From: a virus
Taxonomy: Duplodnaviria > Caudoviricetes
Length of the DNA stretch: 64,000 nucleotides
IMG/VR virus record: IMGVR_UViG_3300042556_001330
Coordinates: 397 to 64,396 of that record
Reading direction: 5' to 3' (one strand)
Within the stretch, counting starts at the first letter, position 1. Each line of letters starts with the position of its first letter. The notes under the pieces were generated by a model, which saw nothing but the letters and a program-made list of their open reading frames with translations, was not told the DNA's origin and searched no databases. Position numbers and translations under genes: made by a program. Shown here in pieces: positions 1-9,964 of the stretch.

Positions 1-183
1 ATTCACAATGAAATTAAAAAATTATGTGCAATGTCAAATGAAGAATTGCATGATTGGTATTGGAAAATGGAAGACATATTAGTTCATAATCAGAAATTAT
101 TGTTAGAGTATCATAAAGTAAAACCATATGGTGTTAACTTTATAAATGAACTTTATAATATACAAAACAATATCATTTTGTAA
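1..183 (+). CDS. 3' end of a gene begun upstream of the window; probably a sugar-cluster (glycosyltransferase-like) protein
   Basis: Frame 1 is open from base 1 (IHNEIKKLCAMSNEELHDWYWKMEDILVHN...) to TAA at 181-183, which overlaps the next ATG. Function inferred from context only. Confidence 0.55.
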   Translation: MHNEIKKLCAMSNEELHDWYWKMEDILVHNQKLLLEYHKVKPYGVNFINELYNIQNNIIL

Positions 184-965
184 TGATGGATGTAAATAAA
201 ATATTATCCGACAATGTTTTTGTATTTGAACAATATAAAAATAAAATATTATCAACACTTGCAAGTGATACAATAGATGACGGCACAATCCAATATAAAA
301 TGAATGAACATGGATATCGTTCCGATTCATTTAAAAATAAAACAAAATTTAATGTATTAACATTGGGTTGTTCTTGGACAATGGGTATTGGTGTCGATAA
401 TAATAAAATCTGGCCAAATCTAATTGGTAATAAATTTGGTAAAGTTTTTAACTATGGTATGTATGGAGTATCTACATCATTTATTGCAAAAACACTTTAT
501 AAAATAGTATCATCTGAATTTATACCGGATATGGTTTTAATAATGTGGCCTGGATTTAGTAGGAGAGATTATATAAGAGAAAATGGTTCATTTAAAAAAG
601 TCGGAGGATTTAGAATTGCAAACGATAGTGATTTGGTTTGGAAAAATGAAAATGAAGATTTATTATTTATAGAATTGAGAAATGATTATCAAGATTTGAT
701 GACATTTTGGGAAGCTTATACATTTGTCGAAACTATTGCAAAATTATATAACATTAAAATATTTCATACAATTGCAGGATATTATTATGATGTTTTCAAA
801 GAATTGGAAACCGAATTAAAATATACTATAAATTATGATAGATTTTTTGACCCAATTAATTGTTATAAAAATGATTTAAAGGGTAGGGATAATCACCATC
901 CCGGTGAAATCTGGCATGAGAATTTTTCAAAACAATTTTATACTTATATTAAAAATAAGTTATGA
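183..965 (+). CDS. SGNH/GDSL-like hydrolase or acyltransferase
   Basis: LGCSWTMG block I-like motif, NYGMYGVS block II, C-terminal DNHHPG..WH; lies in a sugar cluster. Confidence 0.65.
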   Translation: MMDVNKILSDNVFVFEQYKNKILSTLASDTIDDGTIQYKMNEHGYRSDSFKNKTKFNVLTLGCSWTMGIGVDNNKIWPNLIGNKFGKVFNYGMYGVSTSFIAKTLYKIVSSEFIPDMVLIMWPGFSRRDYIRENGSFKKVGGFRIANDSDLVWKNENEDLLFIELRNDYQDLMTFWEAYTFVETIAKLYNIKIFHTIAGYYYDVFKELETELKYTINYDRFFDPINCYKNDLKGRDNHHPGEIWHENFSKQFYTYIKNKL

Positions 966-1933
966 AAATTCTTATCACAGGTGGTGCAGGGTATTTGGGC
1001 TCAGTAATTACTGGAGTTATGTTAAATGCTGGATATAGTGTTACTGTTTTAGATAAATTACTATTTAATCAAACCTCTTTATTACAATATACATCTAATT
1101 CAAAATTTAAATTCATATATGGTGATGTTCGTAATTTAACCGAATTGGAAAGATTATGTAAAGAACATGATGTAATAATCCCATTGGCAGCTATTGTGGG
1201 ATTTCCTGCATGTGCAGCAGACCCCAAATTAGCAAAAGAAATTAATTTTGACCAAATTGTAAATATAGTTAGATTTACAAATGGTTTAGATAAAAAGATT
1301 CTATATCCAAACACAAATAGTGGTTATGGATTAGGAACGGGTGAATTGGAATGTAATGAAGAATCACCACTTACACCCATTTCAGTTTATGGACAAACTA
1401 AATGTGATGCTGAGAATTTTTTAAGAACTTCAACCGATGCAATTACTTTTAGATTAGCAACCGTATTTGGGGTTTCACCAAGAATGAGAACGGACTTGTT
1501 GGTAAATGATTTTGTTTACAAGGCAATCACAGACAAATATATTGTAGTATTTGAAAAATCCTTTAAAAGAAATTTTATTCATGTAGAAGATGTTGCATCT
1601 GCATTTTTATTTATGTTAAAAAATTATAAAACATACAATAGTGAAGTTTTTAATGTAGGATTGACTTCTGCAAATTTAAATAAACAAGAACTATTGGAAA
1701 AAATACAAAAATATGTAAAAGATTTTGCAGTAGTATATGATGATTATTATCAAGACCCAGATAAAAGAAATTACATAGTTTCAAATAAAAAAATAGAAGA
1801 TACTGGATGGAAACCTGAATGGGATTTGGATATGGGAATTAAACAATTAATTCAAGGATATCAAATGATTGTTCCAAAGATGGGTGCAGAATTCAGAAAT
1901 GGGTTTCCGTTAGGTTATGCAAATTTGGGATAA
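962..1933 (+). CDS. NAD-dependent epimerase/dehydratase (extended SDR)
   Basis: MKILITGGAGYLGS Rossmann motif, YGQTK (YxxxK), FRLATVFG, RNFIHVED. Confidence 0.92.
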   Translation: MKILITGGAGYLGSVITGVMLNAGYSVTVLDKLLFNQTSLLQYTSNSKFKFIYGDVRNLTELERLCKEHDVIIPLAAIVGFPACAADPKLAKEINFDQIVNIVRFTNGLDKKILYPNTNSGYGLGTGELECNEESPLTPISVYGQTKCDAENFLRTSTDAITFRLATVFGVSPRMRTDLLVNDFVYKAITDKYIVVFEKSFKRNFIHVEDVASAFLFMLKNYKTYNSEVFNVGLTSANLNKQELLEKIQKYVKDFAVVYDDYYQDPDKRNYIVSNKKIEDTGWKPEWDLDMGIKQLIQGYQMIVPKMGAEFRNGFPLGYANLG

Positions 1934-1934
1934 T

Positions 1935-2765
1935 ATGGATTTTAGTAAATATAAATTTTTTTATGTAAATGGTTGTTCACATAGTGAAGGTGGAGGCCTA
2001 GAACCAAGTGAAATTAGGGGAATTGGTGTAATTCCAATATATAAAGAATTATATGGTATAGATTGGAAATCTACAAGTGAAGTTAATTTTGGAAAACGAT
2101 TGGAAGAAATTATAGGAATAAAATGTATAAATGAAGCCAATTCAGGAGGAAGTACATCAAGAGTTGTAAGAATGACTTATGATTTTATTTACAATAATTG
2201 GGAAAATAAAGATAAATTTTTTCTAATTTTAGAAAAACCAGATTCATCTCGTTCAGATGTATTTAGTGCAAAACATAATGAATATTTTATTGTAAATTCC
2301 AAAGTTAATAATTCGATACACACATTTGCCGGTGCATCTAGAGATTATTTTAATTTATCATATAGAAAAGAGGATAGTTCATCAAAACATATATTTGAAA
2401 ATTGGTATGAAAACCATTATAGTTTTGAAAATAATATTAGTCAAGATGAAAAGGCATTTATTGGATTATATTCTTTTTGTAAATTAAATAATATTAAAAT
2501 TTTTATAATGAATGGAAATTCATTATATTTTTGGGAAGTATTTGATAAATCCGATATTATAAAATTTTCAAATAAAGAAAATGAATCCGATGACATATAC
2601 AGTTGGTGTCTTCGAAACAAAATGACAATACATGATGAAACGTTGGGTAAAATGACCGAATATGTAGATACTCATCCTGGATACTTTGGTCATATAGAAT
2701 ATGCTAAAAAACTGGCAAAATTTATAGGATGGAATCAAAAAAATAATAAAAATAAATTAATATGA
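1935..2765 (+). CDS. SGNH-like hydrolase or acyltransferase
   Basis: YVNGCSHSEG, NEANSGGS, DTHPGYFGH. ATG 1935, just after the previous stop, is preferred over 1917. Confidence 0.65.
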   Translation: MDFSKYKFFYVNGCSHSEGGGLEPSEIRGIGVIPIYKELYGIDWKSTSEVNFGKRLEEIIGIKCINEANSGGSTSRVVRMTYDFIYNNWENKDKFFLILEKPDSSRSDVFSAKHNEYFIVNSKVNNSIHTFAGASRDYFNLSYRKEDSSSKHIFENWYENHYSFENNISQDEKAFIGLYSFCKLNNIKIFIMNGNSLYFWEVFDKSDIIKFSNKENESDDIYSWCLRNKMTIHDETLGKMTEYVDTHPGYFGHIEYAKKLAKFIGWNQKNNKNKLI

Positions 2766-3310
2766 GTTATAAAGATAAAAAGTGGAATGATATAGAAGTT
2801 TCATTTTTAAAACCATTTGATAAAGATGTACCGGTATTTTCACCATCGGTATATAGAGAATATAGGGGAGAAATTTGGACAACATATCATCCGGAAGAAC
2901 ATCCTGTTCATAATTTTATGCACGGAGATTTGAAGGTACATGGTAGATTTTCAAAATCATACAAAGGTGTATTAAGAGGATTACATTGGGATAATAAGAC
3001 TTGGAAATTAGTTCAAGCATTGGTGGGTGATATATTTTTAGTAGTTTTGGATGTTAGAAAAGATTCACCAACATATGGTGATTGGAATTCATATTTACTT
3101 ACTGAAAAAACCAGAGACCAAGTATTAGTTCCACCGGGATTTGCAAACGGACATTATGCACTAACAGATTGTGTATTTCATTATAATTTATTTTATGAAG
3201 GTGATTTTGTTGAAGAAAATGCACAAGGTGTTGTAAAGTGGAATGACCCTGAATTTCAAATCGAATGGCCAACCGATTCACCAATATTACAAAAAAGAGA
3301 TAGATGTTAA
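2762..3310 (+). CDS. rmlC: dTDP-4-dehydrorhamnose 3,5-epimerase-like cupin
   Basis: S.KGVLRGLH, KLV..LVGDIFLVVLDVRKDSPTYG.W, VPPGFANGH, WNDPEFQIEWP. Confidence 0.88.
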   Translation: MSYKDKKWNDIEVSFLKPFDKDVPVFSPSVYREYRGEIWTTYHPEEHPVHNFMHGDLKVHGRFSKSYKGVLRGLHWDNKTWKLVQALVGDIFLVVLDVRKDSPTYGDWNSYLLTEKTRDQVLVPPGFANGHYALTDCVFHYNLFYEGDFVEENAQGVVKWNDPEFQIEWPTDSPILQKRDRC

Positions 3311-3933
3311 AAAATTTAGAACAATATCCAATAGTAAGAGATATCGATTGGACTGTAGAAAAACTTATTAAGTTTGAACAAGAAATTGTTGATATATGGG
3401 AAAGTGGAAAAATCAGAGGCCCGGTACATTTGTCAAATGGAAACGAAGAACAACTTATAGAGATATTCAAAAGAATTAAAACATCCGATTGGGTATTCAG
3501 TACATGGCGTTCTCATTACCATTGGGTTTTAAAAGGATTATCCGCAGATTATGCAACCGAATTAATTAAAGAAGGTAAATCAATCACAATGTGTGAACAC
3601 AACGAAAAATTCTACGCTTCTGCAATCGTAGGGGGTACTCTATCAATTGCTTTAGGAGTTGCAATGGGAATCAAACAGAGTGGTAGTGATGAAAAAGTAT
3701 TTGTATTCATTGGTGACATGTCATTCGAAAGTGGTATATTTTATGAAGTACATAAATATGCTAGAAATTTTGACTTACCAATTGTATTTGTTGTAGAAGA
3801 TAATGGGGTATCGACATATACTCCAACCGAATCAACTTGGAATAAAAAAAGAGACATCCCATCGGATGTTATTCATTACACTTATAAATCAAAATATCCA
3901 CACTACGGAAGTGGTAAATGGATAGCCTTTTAA
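3304..3933 (+). CDS. TPP-dependent dehydrogenase E1-alpha-like subunit (short)
   Basis: GPVHLSNGNE, STWRSHYH, TPP-binding GDMSFESG...VVEDN. Confidence 0.85.
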   Translation: MLKNLEQYPIVRDIDWTVEKLIKFEQEIVDIWESGKIRGPVHLSNGNEEQLIEIFKRIKTSDWVFSTWRSHYHWVLKGLSADYATELIKEGKSITMCEHNEKFYASAIVGGTLSIALGVAMGIKQSGSDEKVFVFIGDMSFESGIFYEVHKYARNFDLPIVFVVEDNGVSTYTPTESTWNKKRDIPSDVIHYTYKSKYPHYGSGKWIAF

Positions 3934-3935
3934 TT

Positions 3936-4478
3936 ATGAATAAACCAGAATATACACCATATAAAGATGCATTGAGTATTGCAATGAAAAACATATCCGA
4001 TTTGGATAATTCTATTTTCATTGGCCAACAAATAGTTTATGCAGGAAATCCAATGAGTACAACATTGGGTGAAGTACCAAAAGAAAAAATGATTGAATTG
4101 CCTGTTATGGAAGAAACACAAATGGGAATGAGTTTGGGACTATCAATGACTGATAAATTGGTAGTAACATTTTATCCGCGTTGGGATTTTATAATATGTG
4201 CAACAAACCAATTAATAAACCATATTGATAAATACGAATCCATGACAGGATTTAAACCACATATTATAATTAGATTGGGAAAGGGTTCGGATAAACCATT
4301 AGACCCAGGACATCAACATAAGGGTAATTATTTTGAAGAATTTAAATCTATGTGTAAAAATATAGAATTATTGGATTTAAAAACACCAACCGATATAGAA
4401 TTATCATACAAATATGCTACACAAAACAAAGGAGTATATATATTAGTAGAATATCCAGAATTATATTATAAAAATTAA
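3936..4478 (+). CDS. E1-beta/transketolase pyrimidine-binding subunit lacking the C-terminal domain
   Basis: ELPVMEETQMGMSLGLS, NQLINH, PGHQH; directly follows the alpha-like gene. Start is 3936 or 3918. Confidence 0.82.
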   Translation: MNKPEYTPYKDALSIAMKNISDLDNSIFIGQQIVYAGNPMSTTLGEVPKEKMIELPVMEETQMGMSLGLSMTDKLVVTFYPRWDFIICATNQLINHIDKYESMTGFKPHIIIRLGKGSDKPLDPGHQHKGNYFEEFKSMCKNIELLDLKTPTDIELSYKYATQNKGVYILVEYPELYYKN

Positions 4479-4482
4479 TAAA

Positions 4483-4608
4483 ATGAAAAAATGGCCAATT
4501 ATTTCTTTTTTTGTAAAATTATATGAAGAAAGAAAAAGAAAACAAAGATTTAAAAAGAAATTAGAAGAACTTAAAAAAAGAGACCCATTTGTTTATAAGA
4601 GTTTCTAA
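4483..4608 (+). CDS. Small basic protein (41 aa), not in the ORF track
   Basis: MKKWPIISFFVKLYEERKRKQRFKKKLEELKKRDPFVYKSF; fills the gap and has an A-rich start. Confidence 0.65.
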   Translation: MKKWPIISFFVKLYEERKRKQRFKKKLEELKKRDPFVYKSF

Positions 4609-4617
4609 TATTTTGAG

Positions 4618-4626
4618 ATATTTATA
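4618..4626 (+). promoter_or_regulatory. Putative late promoter motif ATATTTATA
   Basis: Recurrent intergenic motif; 3 nt before ATG 4630. Confidence 0.6.
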
Positions 4627-4629
4627 CAC

Positions 4630-7600
4630 ATGAATTTGAACGAAGTAAATAAACCAATCATAGAAGGTGAGGTTGTGGTGTATGCTGGTAGATTCCAACC
4701 ATTCCACAGAGGTCATTACGATGCATACCAAAGATTGGTAAGTGAATTTGGTTCTGCAAATGTTTACATTGCAACATCAAATGATACATCATCTGATAAA
4801 TCTCCATTTTCTTTTAACGAGAAAAAGGAAATTGCAACTAAAATGTTTGGTGTTCCATCTACTAAATTTGTAAGAGTAAATAACCCATATAGACCTGTTG
4901 AAATATTAAAAAAATATGATGGTCAAACTATCGCATATATTGCAGCGGTAGGTGAAAAAGACGCAACGAGATTACAGGGTAAATATTTTAAACCATATAG
5001 AGGTAAAGCTGGGTATGGTTATGATGAAATAGGTTATACATATCCAATACCTGCCGAAAAGGACCCGATTAGTGGAACCGATGTTCGTAATGGATTGGGT
5101 AGTGGTGATAAAGAAAAAGCTAAAAAGTTTTTTCTTAAAGCATACCCAAAATTTGATAAAGATATTTTCAAAATGATAACAACTAAGTTAAGTGAAGGAT
5201 TTCCAGGAGGAATAGGTGTTGGATTAAATTTACCTGGAGGATATATAAATGGTGCACCAACGGGTTCTGTGACTGAATTGGTTAGTGGTTATGAATTAAA
5301 CCCATATGACCCAATTGCAGAATTGTTAAACCAAGTAGTTACCGAAGAATTATTTCAAGAATTTACCAAACAATATTTTACAGAAGAATCTGATGCAAAA
5401 AAGATGGGGTTAACCCATTTAGGTGGGGGATATTATGGTAAAGATAAAGGACAACCCGCAACACATAAATCAGATGGTGATAATATAAGAGCTTTAACAC
5501 CCGCGGAAGCAGCAGCCGAAAAACAAAAACATATGGCAAAAGGCCCTTCGGATGCACCCGCAAACGAACCAAAACCATCTCAACCTGGACAACCTGTTAA
5601 TAAGGATACAACTGTACAGGGTAAAACTGATACTGAAAAAGAAAAAGGTTCAGAAAATAAACCTGGAGAAGAAAAGCAAGAGGCACCACCAGAACAAAAA
5701 TTAAGTGGAGATGAATTAAAATCATCGGCAGAAATGTCTCCGGAAGATAAAAAAGTTGCACAAACAAAAGAGGCATTAGATAAAGCCAGAAAAGAAATGT
5801 CTGCAGAAGATAATGGTATTATAGATTCACATAATAATCCTCAATCACCGGAAAGAAAGGGAATGGTTGACAATATGGTTGATGGTGTTAAAAAATTCGG
5901 TAAAGGTTTGAAAAATTGGTTTATTCACAAAAAAGAAATGGTTGGTGGAACAATGGATGGTATTGTATCAATAGCAACTACCGGTAAGATTGGTAGTGTG
6001 AAAGATAAAGAAGGAAAACGTAGACATTGGAGTGAATTCACAGAAGTTGGTCGTGGTGGTAAGCACCAAATGGAATATGTTGAAACGGATGAATTGGATT
6101 CACATGGTAAACCAACGGGTAAAAAAGTAGGGGAACATAGACCGAAAGTATCACAATACGCATTGGATGAAGAAAAACAATTGTTTGAAGCTTCTTGGAA
6201 AGAAAGCAAAAAACAAAAGAAAGATATGACTCATTTTGCAAAGGATATGGGACTTATATTAGGTTCTATGGCATTGGGTGGTGCAGGTGTTGGAGCAATC
6301 AAAGCAGCTGTTGCTGGTGCAGGTGCATCCGGTGTAGGAACGGCCGCAGCAGCCGGTGGGGCCGGTGCATTTACACATGGAGCGGCCGGTTTTGGTGTCC
6401 ACTTAGCCAAAGATATTGCAAAACATGCATCTCTTGAAGCAATGGGATTGGGTGCATCACAAGCTGCCGGAGTTGGTGCAGGTTTATCTACTGCAACTTT
6501 AGGTTTATTAGAAATTCTTAAAGAAGAAAATGAACCAAATAATAATAGTAAATTTACTTCTAAATTTATTGGAAAAGTAATCGAAAAGATGAAAACCTAT
6601 AAATTATCAGATGAACAACTTCTTAAATCAATAGAAAGTTATAAAAAAAATAAACCAAAAAATGACGCGGCAGATTTATTAAAAGAAGATATATCTGAAT
6701 CAAAACAAAATTCTATAAATCATTTTGTAGAATACGCAACTAAAAAATTAAAATTAAAAGAACAACCAAAAATAACTTTGGTATCAGGTAGAGAATATTC
6801 GGAAGCAAAAACCAGTTTAGGTGGATATAATCCAATATCTAAAGAAATATTCGTTGCAATTGAAGGTAGATTAACGGCAGATATTTTAAGAACTCTTGCA
6901 CACGAAATGGTTCATAGAAAACAAGATGAATTGGGATTGGTAAAAGATGAAGTTAAAGATGGTGCAACAGGTTCTCCAATAGAAAACCAAGCACACGCTG
7001 TAGCTGGAATCTTAATGAGAAATTATGGTAAAATAAATAAACAAATATATAACGAAAATGTTAATGTAGATGTTGATAAAGGTGATGAAGTTTTAATGGG
7101 TAAATTTAAGAACAAAAAAGTTACCGTTAAAGATATTGGAAAAGATTCTCATGGGATGCCAACAATCAATGGTAAACAGGCAACTACATTTAGAACAATA
7201 GATGAAATGGGTAATAAAGATGTTCATTTTATAAACATTATAAAGTTGTATAGAAATGCAACATTCAGAAAAAGAATAAATGCATATCTGTTTGGTAGAG
7301 CAAATATGCCATCAAATCCAAATATGGTTGCAAGAGCACTTCGTAATATGGGTTATGATGAAATAACTCAAATGGAAAAAGAGTTAAACATTCAACCTGA
7401 CTTAAATGAAGTTAGTAACGTTCAAATATCTAATACAGCAGATATTCCAGATGGTTCATTTATTCAAAAAGGTAAAAAAAGAAAACTAAACACAGATAAG
7501 AGTGAAGATTGGTATAAAAATGGTGGATATACACAAACCGAATTTCCAAAAGCAGACGCAATATTTGGTGATGAGGATGCAGAAGAAAGAATTGTTACAT

Positions 7601-8862
7601 ATAGTATAGAAAATCTTCCAGATGTGAAGTATGTAAAAACCGATTTCATTAAAGAAGGTTTATTAATGGAAGGTGGTGCATATGGACATATGTCACATCC
7701 ATTTGATGATATGGATTTAACTTTTGGTGATTTAAAAAATATAATTACAAAAGCACTTAATGGTGATTTGGGTATAGTTAGAGAAAAAACAGACGGACAA
7801 GCTTTGGCAATTAGTTGGAAAAATGGTAGATTAATTGCAGCAAGAAACAAAGGACATTTACAAAACGCAGGTGCAAATGCATTGGGTATAGAAGGTGTTG
7901 CATCTAAATTTGCCGGAAGAGGTGGATTAACCGATGCATACAATTACGCAATGAAAGATTTATCCGCAGCTATATCATCCTTATCAGAAAAACAAAGAGA
8001 AAAGATTTTTGGTGAAGGTAAAAACTTTATGAATATTGAAGTAATTTGGCCAACATCGGTAAATGTAATTCCTTACGGACAAGCTTTATTGGTTTTCCAT
8101 AATTGTATTCAGTATAACGAAAGTGGTGTTGCAGTAGGACAAGTAGATGGTGCAGAAAATATATTAGCCGGAATGATTAAACAAGTAAATGCAGACGTTC
8201 AATCAAAGTATACAATACAAGGCCCACCGATTACATCAATTCCAAAATCAGAAGATTTAAGTTCTAAACAAAGTAAATATCTTTCTAAGTTAAATAAATT
8301 ACAAAATGAATTTGGATTGAAAGATTCTGATAATGTTGCAGACTATCATCAAAGCTGGTGGGATTGGTGGATTACATCAAATAGTCCAGTAAAAGTTGAC
8401 AAACTTACAAAAGAGGCATTAATTAGGAGATGGGCATTTGGAGATAAATCATTTAGATTAAATACAATCTCAAACCCAGAGTTACAAAAGTGGACAATTA
8501 CACAAGATAAAGTAAATGTTATAAAACAACAAAAAGATAATATTAAACCATTCGAAGAATTATTTTTAGGAGTAGGTGCAGATGTTTTAGAATTTGTCAG
8601 TTCGGTATTAACAGTTCATCCTGACAAAGCGATTAGGTCAATGAAAGAAAAACTAAAGTCTGTTGCATCACAAGTTAGAAGTGGTGGAGACCCATCAAAA
8701 GTTCAAAAATTAAAACAAGAATTAAGTAGATTAAATGCTTTGGGTGGTATTGATAAAATAGTTGCAACCGAAGGATTGGTGTTCTTTTATAATGGAAAAA
8801 CGTATAAACTTACGGGTTCTTTTGCACCCCTAAACCAAATATTGGGTATTTTTTACGAATAA
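4630..8862 (+). CDS. 1410-aa multi-domain protein: N-terminal HxGH nucleotidyltransferase, Gly/Ala hydrophobic segment, HExxH metallopeptidase-like domain, C-terminal ligase-fold-like domain
   Basis: YAGRFQPFHRGH...ISGTDVR; LAHEMVH (6901-6915); EKTDG (7783), EGLVF (8770), YKLTG. Confidence 0.75.
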   Translation: MNLNEVNKPIIEGEVVVYAGRFQPFHRGHYDAYQRLVSEFGSANVYIATSNDTSSDKSPFSFNEKKEIATKMFGVPSTKFVRVNNPYRPVEILKKYDGQTIAYIAAVGEKDATRLQGKYFKPYRGKAGYGYDEIGYTYPIPAEKDPISGTDVRNGLGSGDKEKAKKFFLKAYPKFDKDIFKMITTKLSEGFPGGIGVGLNLPGGYINGAPTGSVTELVSGYELNPYDPIAELLNQVVTEELFQEFTKQYFTEESDAKKMGLTHLGGGYYGKDKGQPATHKSDGDNIRALTPAEAAAEKQKHMAKGPSDAPANEPKPSQPGQPVNKDTTVQGKTDTEKEKGSENKPGEEKQEAPPEQKLSGDELKSSAEMSPEDKKVAQTKEALDKARKEMSAEDNGIIDSHNNPQSPERKGMVDNMVDGVKKFGKGLKNWFIHKKEMVGGTMDGIVSIATTGKIGSVKDKEGKRRHWSEFTEVGRGGKHQMEYVETDELDSHGKPTGKKVGEHRPKVSQYALDEEKQLFEASWKESKKQKKDMTHFAKDMGLILGSMALGGAGVGAIKAAVAGAGASGVGTAAAAGGAGAFTHGAAGFGVHLAKDIAKHASLEAMGLGASQAAGVGAGLSTATLGLLEILKEENEPNNNSKFTSKFIGKVIEKMKTYKLSDEQLLKSIESYKKNKPKNDAADLLKEDISESKQNSINHFVEYATKKLKLKEQPKITLVSGREYSEAKTSLGGYNPISKEIFVAIEGRLTADILRTLAHEMVHRKQDELGLVKDEVKDGATGSPIENQAHAVAGILMRNYGKINKQIYNENVNVDVDKGDEVLMGKFKNKKVTVKDIGKDSHGMPTINGKQATTFRTIDEMGNKDVHFINIIKLYRNATFRKRINAYLFGRANMPSNPNMVARALRNMGYDEITQMEKELNIQPDLNEVSNVQISNTADIPDGSFIQKGKKRKLNTDKSEDWYKNGGYTQTEFPKADAIFGDEDAEERIVTYSIENLPDVKYVKTDFIKEGLLMEGGAYGHMSHPFDDMDLTFGDLKNIITKALNGDLGIVREKTDGQALAISWKNGRLIAARNKGHLQNAGANALGIEGVASKFAGRGGLTDAYNYAMKDLSAAISSLSEKQREKIFGEGKNFMNIEVIWPTSVNVIPYGQALLVFHNCIQYNESGVAVGQVDGAENILAGMIKQVNADVQSKYTIQGPPITSIPKSEDLSSKQSKYLSKLNKLQNEFGLKDSDNVADYHQSWWDWWITSNSPVKVDKLTKEALIRRWAFGDKSFRLNTISNPELQKWTITQDKVNVIKQQKDNIKPFEELFLGVGADVLEFVSSVLTVHPDKAIRSMKEKLKSVASQVRSGGDPSKVQKLKQELSRLNALGGIDKIVATEGLVFFYNGKTYKLTGSFAPLNQILGIFYE

Positions 8863-8908
8863 TTTTGATATATATAATATAAAGAAACAGTTATAAAAGT
8901 ATAGAAAT

Positions 8909-9577
8909 ATGGCAAAAAGAAAAAGTTTTGATGAGAAATCAAAAGGGATGCACAAATCTCGTAAACTCATCATTGACACGGTTTTTGGTAGAGTAGACAA
9001 CACACAAAGAGTACATGGGTATGAGGGTGAGGTTGAAGAAAAGAGAGAGGTTGGTGAAAGATGGACTGACAAAGAAGGAAAAGAGTGGGAGCAGAAAGAC
9101 GGATTTAAAGTTGCAGTCACTCAAATGGATGATGTAAGACAATTTTTACAAAAATTGAGTACATGTTCAAATGAAGATTGTAAAACGGAATCATATAGTA
9201 ATGCAGACAAAAAACTAATTCGCAAAACAGGAATGTGTATTGTTTGTCTTGCTAAATTTGAACAAGGTTTAAAGGAAGATGGGACATATCCTTTCTATGA
9301 AGATTATAAGATAACAAGAAACAAACTTGCTTATGTTAGAGAATTAAAGGATAGATATGAAGAAGCTTTAGGTGGTATTAGAAAACAAATGGAAATTATC
9401 ACCGAAGATGGCAGAACTGAAACTTGGACATGGGATGTAGATATTGAAAAAGTAAAAACAGATTTGAAAAAAGACATTGATGGAGCATATGAAGCCATTG
9501 AATTGTTAATAGAAAGAAAAAGATTATTAGAAGAAAAATTGGTTGAGTTAAATCATCCAGAATTAATTAAAAAATAA
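8909..9577 (+). CDS. Hypothetical protein with putative Zn-binding cysteines
   Basis: CSNEDC...CIVC; 222-aa ORF with phage-typical composition. Confidence 0.65.
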   Translation: MAKRKSFDEKSKGMHKSRKLIIDTVFGRVDNTQRVHGYEGEVEEKREVGERWTDKEGKEWEQKDGFKVAVTQMDDVRQFLQKLSTCSNEDCKTESYSNADKKLIRKTGMCIVCLAKFEQGLKEDGTYPFYEDYKITRNKLAYVRELKDRYEEALGGIRKQMEIITEDGRTETWTWDVDIEKVKTDLKKDIDGAYEAIELLIERKRLLEEKLVELNHPELIKK

Positions 9578-9583
9578 AAACAT

Positions 9584-9964
9584 ATGAAATATATAAAAAA
9601 TATAATATTAGTTCTGCTTATTATTTTAGTTGGGTACAATATCTTTACTAATAATAGTATTCGCACTGATGTTGAAACATATAATAGAAAGATTGATTCT
9701 TTACAACACGAAATAGATTCAGTTGAAAATGTAAACGTAGTACTTGATGGTCATATTGACAAAGTGGATAATGAACTAACTCAAGTAGAAACAAGAGTAA
9801 TAACAATAAATAAAAACATAACCGAAATTAAAAATCAAACAAATGAAAAAGTTAATGCTGTTAATGATTATAATGCTTACGACCTTATCTGGTTTTTCAC
9901 AAACAGATACGAAAACAGACTCGATAGTACCATTAAAAGTACCGATAGCAAAGTTAGTCATTAA
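9584..9964 (+). CDS. N-terminally membrane-anchored coiled-coil protein (i-spanin-like)
   Basis: IILVLLIILVGYNIF transmembrane segment followed by heptad coiled coil; 3' end overlaps the next gene by 122 nt. Confidence 0.55.
   Translation: MKYIKNIILVLLIILVGYNIFTNNSIRTDVETYNRKIDSLQHEIDSVENVNVVLDGHIDKVDNELTQVETRVITINKNITEIKNQTNEKVNAVNDYNAYDLIWFFTNRYENRLDSTIKSTDSKVSH

Noticed and set aside
3304-4478. Pyruvate dehydrogenase as a central-metabolism auxiliary gene
   Set aside because: Subunits are truncated, no E2/E3 is present and the context is sugar biosynthesis
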